Source of the DNA: Nanoarchaeum equitans Kin4-M
GTDB taxonomy: Archaea; Nanobdellota; Nanobdellia; Nanobdellales; Nanoarchaeaceae
NCBI GenBank assembly: GCA_000008085.1
Contig: AE017199.1
Location: forward strand, 1-32,000
Direction: 5' to 3'
Length of the DNA: 32,000 nt
The notes under the pieces were generated by a model. That model was given only the letters and a program-made list of their open reading frames with translations. It was not told the origin of the DNA and did no database searches. Each line of letters starts with the position of its first letter. The first letter of the stretch is position 1. Shown piece by piece: positions 26,427 to 32,000 of this stretch. The translations under genes and the position numbers were made by a program.

Positions 26427-27497
26427 ATATTCTATCAATTTATTTCTATCTAGTACTGTTATAACTATTGAGTAAGTGTCATCTCCTTCTATTCTAACGA
26501 AGTCTAATCCTTCATATTCTTGTTTTTGTTTACTAATTTCTCTTTCTAACCTATTAAAATCCATTATCTTATATATAGAAACCAACCGTCTTAAAGTTCT
26601 TGCAGAGAGATAATTTTGATCTTTTCTATGGGCCAAATAGTATAGAAATATATCGAGAATATTCCTATGTCTATATTTGTTCCATATTTCGTAAAATGTT
26701 TGGAATTTTAACAAATCATAAGCTATGGATTTTGCCTTTCTGTCACCAAAAGCGATTACTGAGGCTTTAGCATAGTGAGGTAAGAAGGTTTCCTTGTCTA
26801 TAGTATCGAAAGGTACTCTTTTGACTTTTTCTAATGTATCCATAATTTCTTTTTCCTTGGATTTAAATTTATTAATTATTTTTTCGGGATCGTAGGGTTC
26901 GTGCTTTTTACGAGGAAAGGGCGTTACACTTTTACCGAGTTCACTACACAACTGTGGGTTATATAAACAGGCCAATAATGCATACATATCCTCCAGTTTG
27001 GTAAGCTTTATAGAGAAAAACACTGTGCCAGCGATATACAACCTATTTAACTCTGGTTTTTCGTATATATCAAAACCTACAATTCCATCCAATTCTTTTC
27101 GATTCTTTTCTTCATATAACAACTCGACTGGATCTTTGTTATTTCTGTACTTAGGGGAGACAGAAATTTTTTCATAGTATTCCCTAAGATCCCATGGTAA
27201 GTGTTGCCATATATAATAAAATACCAACCTTCTAGAAATAGCCAACGGATCATAGGGATCCAAAACACCTTTATCAAGGTTGTATACCGAGAAGTATATA
27301 AACGAGGGTAAATCATCTATCCCTGCTTTTTTTAGCTCTTCTCTATTTTCTTTATAGAAATTGAAGAATTTTTCTATTCTTGATTCTAGTGGTTGGGGTA
27401 ATGTGTAAGGCAATCTCCCCCTATGAGGGAATAAAGATCTTAAACTTCGCTTTCCAAGAATGTTTTTTAATAATTTAGCTATTGCGCTATTTTCCAT
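26403..27497 (-). CDS. Protein of unknown function
   Basis: 364 aa open frame, highly charged, no motif I recognise. Confidence 0.6.
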   Translation of the reverse strand: MENSAIAKLLKNILGKRSLRSLFPHRGRLPYTLPQPLESRIEKFFNFYKENREELKKAGIDDLPSFIYFSVYNLDKGVLDPYDPLAISRRLVFYYIWQHLPWDLREYYEKISVSPKYRNNKDPVELLYEEKNRKELDGIVGFDIYEKPELNRLYIAGTVFFSIKLTKLEDMYALLACLYNPQLCSELGKSVTPFPRKKHEPYDPEKIINKFKSKEKEIMDTLEKVKRVPFDTIDKETFLPHYAKASVIAFGDRKAKSIAYDLLKFQTFYEIWNKYRHRNILDIFLYYLAHRKDQNYLSARTLRRLVSIYKIMDFNRLEREISKQKQEYEGLDFVRIEGDDTYSIVITVLDRNKLIEYLRKKGFE

Positions 27498-27543
27498 GGC
27501 GCAGTAATATGTAACAATTTAAAAGTAGAAATAAAATAAAAAA

Positions 27544-28059
27544 CTATTTTATGATAGTTAGATTTTCGCATCCTTGGCTTTTACATATATTTATTAGCCA
27601 TTCAATAGCTTTTCTGTTTCCCAATATTGTGTTATTTATTTCACAGAAATAATAACTATTATTAATATATACGGGTTTGCCTCCCAATTTTTTGCATAAT
27701 TCAATTTCATATTCTTTTCCATAATAGTAACCATTATTATCTTGTATTTCCGATGGATACCCGCTTATTATAATTAGCTGGTTTTTGGTTTTAGCAAAAA
27801 CCAAGGGAACACCATTAAAATATTTGGCAACAAATTTGTAATAAGGAGTTTTCGGAAATTCCCTATAATCAATTGTTATAGCTTTAATTCCTAATTCATC
27901 TAAAGTTTTAAGCAAATTATGGCAATGTGGACAATAAGGAGAGTAAACCACATATATATTATAATGCTTATAATGCTTAGGTTCGGTTTTGTGCATTAAT
28001 AAAGTTAATAAAGGCAGTAACAACAATGGCACGAATATTAATAACTTCTTCGCCTTCAT
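27544..28059 (-). CDS. Membrane-anchored/secreted thioredoxin-fold protein
   Basis: 171 aa, N-terminal hydrophobic segment, YSPYCPHCHNLLKTL (CPHC) and NGVPLVFA cis-Pro motif. Confidence 0.82.
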   Translation of the reverse strand: MKAKKLLIFVPLLLLPLLTLLMHKTEPKHYKHYNIYVVYSPYCPHCHNLLKTLDELGIKAITIDYREFPKTPYYKFVAKYFNGVPLVFAKTKNQLIIISGYPSEIQDNNGYYYGKEYEIELCKKLGGKPVYINNSYYFCEINNTILGNRKAIEWLINICKSQGCENLTIIK

Positions 28060-28691
28060 ATCAAGTATAGAAGAACTAACAACAATAGTATACCTGCTAC
28101 TAAATGCAATTCCCTAATATGTTTATCTCTCCATTCTTTTATTTTTTCTGGAGAAAATCCATAATACACTAACAAAGTTATTAGAATCATTGGTGAAACG
28201 AATATTGTTAGATAATATAACAATAACACCCAATCAATTGTTTTTTGCAATCCTAAAAAGCTAACATATGGACCGGAAGAGCATGGTAATAGAAATAAAC
28301 TCAACAATATCGCTAATGGGATCGCTATTAAGGGATTTTTGGTATTTTCTATTAATTGGTTAGCCAATGGTCTTAATTTTATGGGCATCTCTATCGATAT
28401 TAAACCTGGTTTGTAATTAAAGTATGCTGCTATTTCTAATATGGCCAAAACCAATAGCAAAACTAACAAAAATATTCTTACATAATCATAGAACATTGAT
28501 AATATAGAATGTAATATCAAACCATACAATAGATACATTATGAATATTGTAATGGTAAACAAAATCCCACCAATTAAAGCATCTCTTCTACTTTTAGTTA
28601 ATAACACCGCTAATAAAGATGCTTGTATCGCTAATACACAAGGGTTAATCGCATCAACCAATGCTAATTTCGTTGTTATAACAAGATCCAT
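28056..28691 (-). CDS. CcdA/DsbD-like transmembrane electron-transfer protein
   Basis: 211 aa, about 6 hydrophobic segments, ALVDAINPCVLA and LLPCSSGPYV paired-cysteine motifs; 4-nt overlap with the thioredoxin-fold gene. Confidence 0.8.
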   Translation of the reverse strand: MDLVITTKLALVDAINPCVLAIQASLLAVLLTKSRRDALIGGILFTITIFIMYLLYGLILHSILSMFYDYVRIFLLVLLLVLAILEIAAYFNYKPGLISIEMPIKLRPLANQLIENTKNPLIAIPLAILLSLFLLPCSSGPYVSFLGLQKTIDWVLLLYYLTIFVSPMILITLLVYYGFSPEKIKEWRDKHIRELHLVAGILLLLVLLYLI

Positions 28692-28721
28692 AGAATGTTA
28701 TAAAACGTTATATAAAAATTT

Positions 28722-29234
28722 TTAGAGAGAATCTCTTAAATCTCTGAGCTTTTTAAGCCTTCTATTCGATTCTAAAAAGGAATAAACCTTCCCATGGGGC
28801 TGGCCCTCTATTATTCTATTTATGGACTCTCTCGCTATAATTAAATCCTCTATCTTTCCTAGCAAATAGGCTTCTTTTTTCTTATCATCTATTATAACAG
28901 AAACCCCTGTTAGATTGGATATATTCTTTTTAGCTTTCCCCTTTGTTCCAATTAGTCTAGCAAGAATCCTTTTTCTCTCTTTATCATTTTTTGTTGCCCT
29001 TTTTATGGGGATTACCATAAAATCATAGTTATCATCTAACAATTTGTAAGCTTCTTCCCCGAAACCAGCATTTAAAGCGTCAATAATCTTTATTGCCTTG
29101 TTTAAGGTTAATCCATCATTTGCTTTAACTATATAACTGTTCTCTTTTTCTTCCAATTCTATGTTTAGTCTTTCTTCCAATTTCTTTTTATTCCTTATTA
29201 TATTTGGTTTTTTCTCAATTTCGAAACTAAACAT
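28722..29234 (-). CDS. Pno1/Krr1-like KH-domain RNA-binding protein
   Basis: 170 aa with RLIGTKGKAKKNISNLTGVSVII...AYLLGKIEDLIIARESINRIIEGQPHGKVYSFLE. Confidence 0.85.
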   Translation of the reverse strand: MFSFEIEKKPNIIRNKKKLEERLNIELEEKENSYIVKANDGLTLNKAIKIIDALNAGFGEEAYKLLDDNYDFMVIPIKRATKNDKERKRILARLIGTKGKAKKNISNLTGVSVIIDDKKKEAYLLGKIEDLIIARESINRIIEGQPHGKVYSFLESNRRLKKLRDLRDSL

Positions 29235-29269
29235 TTTGGATTACTATTATAATGCGATTTATAAATCTA

Positions 29270-29341
29270 TGGGGCGGGGGGGATTTGAACCCCCGACCTC
29301 CCGGTCTTCAGCCGGGCGCTCTCCCGCTGAGCTACCGCCCC
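29270..29341 (-). tRNA. tRNA-Phe(GAA)
   Basis: Reverse strand GGGGCGG TAGCTCAGCGGGAGAGC GC CCCGG CTGAAGA CCGGG AGGTC GGGGG TTCAAAT CCCCC CCGCCCC A; anticodon GAA. Confidence 0.93.
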
Positions 29342-29431
29342 GAGATTGGTATATTATATAGTTTAAAGGCTTTATCCATTTACCACCATAAAATAAGTAT
29401 TCCTTTTTGTTAGATGGTTAAACATTTTTAA

Positions 29432-30583
29432 ATGATGAATGTAATAGACCGTATGAGAAAAATTCCCTTGCCTAAGAAGTTTGTCTATAAAATTGAAGAA
29501 AAAGCAAAAAACTATATAATTAAAGAAGGTCCCAAACTTGCTCCAAAATTGGCATCGGTATTGACAATTTTAGCCGGAGCAGGTTTGGCAATGGCCAAAG
29601 AATATGAAATTGACCTTAGCTCTGTAAAAGAGGGCAATATCCAATACAAAAATATAAAAGTAAAACTTAATGATACAGATATTTCATTAAATGGGAATGA
29701 TATGGTTGACTATGTTTATGAGAAAGATGGTTTCAAATATATTGATTATTTAAATAAAGTAGTAAGTGACACTTCGGGCGACTGGTATGTAAATAACGCT
29801 TTCTTTACTTCAAGTGTCAATAACCCATTAAGATACAGCGATTTAATCGAAAACGACCAAATAAAATTGTCTATCCCTACTAAAGAAAAAGAAATCAATA
29901 AATTATTAGATGAAACCGATACATTAAATAATTTGGGAGGGGCTTACCAAATAACCGATGGTACTTTAGTTATACCAAAATTTGAATATAATGGCAAAAC
30001 TCATAAGGTGGAAATCCAGTTAGATGGTGTAAATAATGCGAAATTAAATATAAAATTCAAAGTATTACCCATAGTAATAGATGAAAAGGGTCTTAAATTC
30101 AATGATAGTGAGTCCTTATCTAATTACTATTTTGACAAAAATAAACTTATAGATTACTTAACCAACATAGCAAGCAAGATGAAGGATACAAATGGCCATC
30201 TAATAGTAAAAGATGGGGCTGTATTTGTAGATTACGATAAAGACAATATCTGGGATGCTGGAATAGAACCTGGCACATATATTGATGATACCGATTTGGG
30301 AAAAATTCTAACAGGTAGAGCAATATATGCTATTGGTAACATTTCTATGGACAGTTTACCACAATATATAAAGGTAGATGGGAGGAATGTGGATTCGTCG
30401 AATCCCATCTATACAAATATAAGTAGGGCATTACAGAATGGCATATCATTCGAAAAACTGCTGTATCTTGTAGATGTTAGCGAAGTGGATGCTGATTACT
30501 CTAAAAAATTCGCTATTCCTGCACCAGTGCTTGGAGTAATGGGATTGGTACCATTATTTAAAAGAAAAAGGAAAAATGCTTAG
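29432..30583 (+). CDS. Putative cell-surface protein with C-terminal membrane-anchor/sorting-like tail
   Basis: 383 aa; N-terminal hydrophobic LASVLTILAGAGLAMA, a long beta/Asn/Asp-rich middle, C-terminal FAIPAPVLGVMGLVPLFKRKRKNA (Pro-containing motif, hydrophobic stretch, basic end). Confidence 0.55.
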   Translation: MMNVIDRMRKIPLPKKFVYKIEEKAKNYIIKEGPKLAPKLASVLTILAGAGLAMAKEYEIDLSSVKEGNIQYKNIKVKLNDTDISLNGNDMVDYVYEKDGFKYIDYLNKVVSDTSGDWYVNNAFFTSSVNNPLRYSDLIENDQIKLSIPTKEKEINKLLDETDTLNNLGGAYQITDGTLVIPKFEYNGKTHKVEIQLDGVNNAKLNIKFKVLPIVIDEKGLKFNDSESLSNYYFDKNKLIDYLTNIASKMKDTNGHLIVKDGAVFVDYDKDNIWDAGIEPGTYIDDTDLGKILTGRAIYAIGNISMDSLPQYIKVDGRNVDSSNPIYTNISRALQNGISFEKLLYLVDVSEVDADYSKKFAIPAPVLGVMGLVPLFKRKRKNA

Positions 30584-32000
30584 ACTTATAATATTATTTT
30601 TAACTATTATTGGAGCATTAGCTATCAATGTAAATGTATATAGTGGCACTTTAGTAAAGAGTGAGGATAATTATTTAATTCTATTAAAAATAGGAGAAGG
30701 TTCTTTTGATGCAAATAAAGTGACAATTACTTCGTTAAATAGCACATTTTATTTAGATTATTTTAACAATATAAATTCGTCTATTGATAATTATGTATAC
30801 TTTGACTGCCCCAGTGGTATAAAACATACAATTACCTTTCATGATGTAATAAATGTTGGGACGGATAGAGGAAGAATACCACAACCTACAATAATTCTTG
30901 ATATACCTAACGAAACAGGGTGTAAACTAATAATGAAAGATTATAATAATGCTTTGGAAAGATCTGAATTTAATGTTTCTGTTTGTAAGGACTTAACTTG
31001 TAACAAAAACCATGTACAAAAAGTCCTATCTGTACAACCTACCGCAACACTAAGCGTTTCTCCCAGTACTATTAATGTTGGAGAAAGCGTAACAATTACT
31101 CTAACCGCCAATAATTGTTACAAAGATCCTGTTAATTTAGGAGGAAGCTACGAAATTACCGATGATAAAAGTGAAATATCTTACAGTGGTACATTTAATG
31201 GGAATTTAAGTATTAGCAAATCGTTTACACTCACACAAACAGGTACACACACTATAACAGCGAAGCTCTATTGTTATAATGGAATTATAACAAAAACTGC
31301 TACTGTTAGAGTAAATAAACCATCTCCTACTCCATCTCCATCCCCGAAACCATCCCCATCTGTTTCTTTGAGCGTTACACCTACTAGCATAAACCAGTAT
31401 GAAAGTATAGAGATAACAGCAACAATAAATAATTGTAATGGGGGAACATTCCATATATGGGATAGCCAAGGTGAATATGACAAAACCGGTAATGTAACAG
31501 GTAATACATATACTTTTACTGATACTATACAACTAACTATACCGGGTACTCATACTATATCTCTTAGTGCAACATGTAATAGCAATAATTACACAGATAG
31601 CAAAACAGTAATTGTTAACGAAGTACCATTACAAATTAATTCCGTAACACCAATAAACTTTACAGCTATTAAAATTGTAACGAACAAATATGTTAATACT
31701 ATAAATGCTACTTTAAATGAAAAATATTTGCATTGGACGCCTTCTCAAAGAAAAATCGAGAATTATAACGAGAAAGTTGATTGTTCACAACAAGGCATAA
31801 AATATGAATATATATGTGTATTTAACAATTTTATAGCCAATGGATCAAAAATAACAATAGAAGCGGATAGTAAACAATTTAACTTTGCTATGAATAATGA
31901 AACATTGCCAGACATTTTATATTATATAGAGCCCAACAAACCCATTTTCATAGCTTTTGAAGGATATGTTGATATTAGTTATAAACCATTTAATGATGCT
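30576..32000 (+). CDS. Secreted protein with tandem Ig-like domains and a Pro/Ser linker (partial, runs off right edge)
   Basis: Not in ORF track. ATG at 30576 opens 475 codons to the window end: MLRLIILFLTIIGALAINVNVYSG... with two related blocks (TATLSVSPSTINVGESVTITLTANNC... and PSVSLSVTPTSINQYESIEITATINNC...) joined by PSPTPSPSPKPSPS. Confidence 0.8.
   Translation, partial: MLRLIILFLTIIGALAINVNVYSGTLVKSEDNYLILLKIGEGSFDANKVTITSLNSTFYLDYFNNINSSIDNYVYFDCPSGIKHTITFHDVINVGTDRGRIPQPTIILDIPNETGCKLIMKDYNNALERSEFNVSVCKDLTCNKNHVQKVLSVQPTATLSVSPSTINVGESVTITLTANNCYKDPVNLGGSYEITDDKSEISYSGTFNGNLSISKSFTLTQTGTHTITAKLYCYNGIITKTATVRVNKPSPTPSPSPKPSPSVSLSVTPTSINQYESIEITATINNCNGGTFHIWDSQGEYDKTGNVTGNTYTFTDTIQLTIPGTHTISLSATCNSNNYTDSKTVIVNEVPLQINSVTPINFTAIKIVTNKYVNTINATLNEKYLHWTPSQRKIENYNEKVDCSQQGIKYEYICVFNNFIANGSKITIEADSKQFNFAMNNETLPDILYYIEPNKPIFIAFEGYVDISYKPFNDA

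Noticed and set aside
29161-29361. ORF + 66 aa, ...MGRGGFEPPTSRSSAGRSPAELPP
   Set aside because: Antisense translation of tRNA-Phe(GAA); spurious.
31206-31532. Minus-strand ORFs 31206..31532 and 31274..31483
   Set aside because: Antisense to the continuous secreted Ig-like ORF; the Gly/Asp-rich peptide reflects the antisense Pro/Ser linker.
1-32000. Transposons, toxin-antitoxin modules, prophage or other known defence systems besides CRISPR
   Set aside because: No transposase, integrase, recognisable TA pair, restriction-modification or phage structural gene was seen in any open frame.

Overview
AT-rich, very gene-dense archaeal window. It most resembles a nanoarchaeal (Nanoarchaeota/DPANN) genome, which I infer from a short Lhr-type helicase, an apparent tRNA 3'-half gene next to archease, superoxide reductase, Trm10-like, Pno1/KH, L37e and near-zero intergenic spacing. 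The accessory core (13.6-22.1 kb) is a complete type I-B-like CRISPR-Cas locus. It has a 14-repeat array (13 identical 28-nt copies plus one degenerate terminal copy), cas2(-), cas1(+), an operon of cas8-like/cas7/cas5/cas3 (+) and a convergent cas4(-). A cas6 gene that the ORF track omits occupies 1..879(-), open at the window edge, about 12.8 kb from the array. Two other features missing from the track are ribosomal protein L37e at 5537..5707(-) and a secreted Ig-like-repeat protein at 30576..32000(+), open at the right edge. RNA genes are tRNA-Ile(GAU) at 7001..7074(-), tRNA-Phe(GAA) at 29270..29341(-) and a candidate split-tRNA 3' half at about 3236..3289(+). The most interesting signals are the orphan tRNA 3' half beside archease, the scattered adaptation genes around the array, an oversize spacer, two spacers that look derived from homologous viral genes, an operon of superoxide reductase, a glutathionylspermidine-synthase-like ATP-grasp protein and a small CxxC protein, and a disrupted M16 peptidase. 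No transposon or integrated element was seen. All family calls come from motif reading; no database search was run.
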